From positions 1 through 16,790 of the forward strand of contig JBHIAT010000071.1 in assembly GCA_046758705.1 (NCBI GenBank): a DNA stretch of 16,790 bases, in the 5' to 3' direction. Position numbers and translations under genes: made by a program. Source of the DNA: Candidatus Bipolaricaulia bacterium (GTDB lineage Bacteria > Bipolaricaulota > Bipolaricaulia > JBHIAT01). A model generated the notes under the pieces. That model was not told the origin of the DNA, did not search any database, and saw only the letters and a list, made by a program, of their open reading frames with translations. Shown here piece after piece: positions 16,701 through 16,790 of this stretch (position 1 is the first letter of the stretch; every line of letters begins with the position of its first letter).

Positions 16701-16777
16701 CTTAACACCCCCTTTCGTCCGTTGCCGGGGCCACCCTAGTATAAGGATAACCTACTGGATTGAACATCCTTACTTAC

Positions 16778-16783
16778 AGGAGG
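16778..16783 (+). promoter_or_regulatory. Shine-Dalgarno of a plus-strand gene probably starting at the window edge
   Basis: AGGAGG followed by ACAACC and A at 16790, possibly the first base of ATG. Confidence 0.5.
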
Positions 16784-16790
16784 ACAACCA

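Overview
This is a GC-rich bacterial chromosomal window with 16 protein-coding genes. I found no RNA gene, CRISPR array or transposase. The left part is a carbohydrate divergon: a family-5 ABC substrate-binding protein (minus strand, runs off the window, absent from the ORF track) sits back-to-back with a small HAD phosphatase and a GH38 alpha-mannosidase. Two sigma70-type promoters and a CRP-like palindrome lie between them. The middle holds an atypical pfkA divergent from miaB-pfkB-CBS, then prmC-ftsE-ftsX divergent from a PIN/TRAM (YacL-like) gene and radC, with a (TTCCTG)n repeat in front of radC. The right part is a compositionally distinct block (Thr/Ser dehydratase, erythritol/threitol-type Zn dehydrogenase, aldo-keto reductase) and a convergent SRPBCC gene. 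The best leads are a PFK with a D104/Q124 specificity pair, an FtsE with degenerate ATPase motifs, strong GATC/GCGATCGC (HIP1-like) enrichment, and the regulated mannoside divergon. I cannot demonstrate a wholly new system from sequence alone. All product calls are from motif recognition, not database searches, and all counts are by hand.
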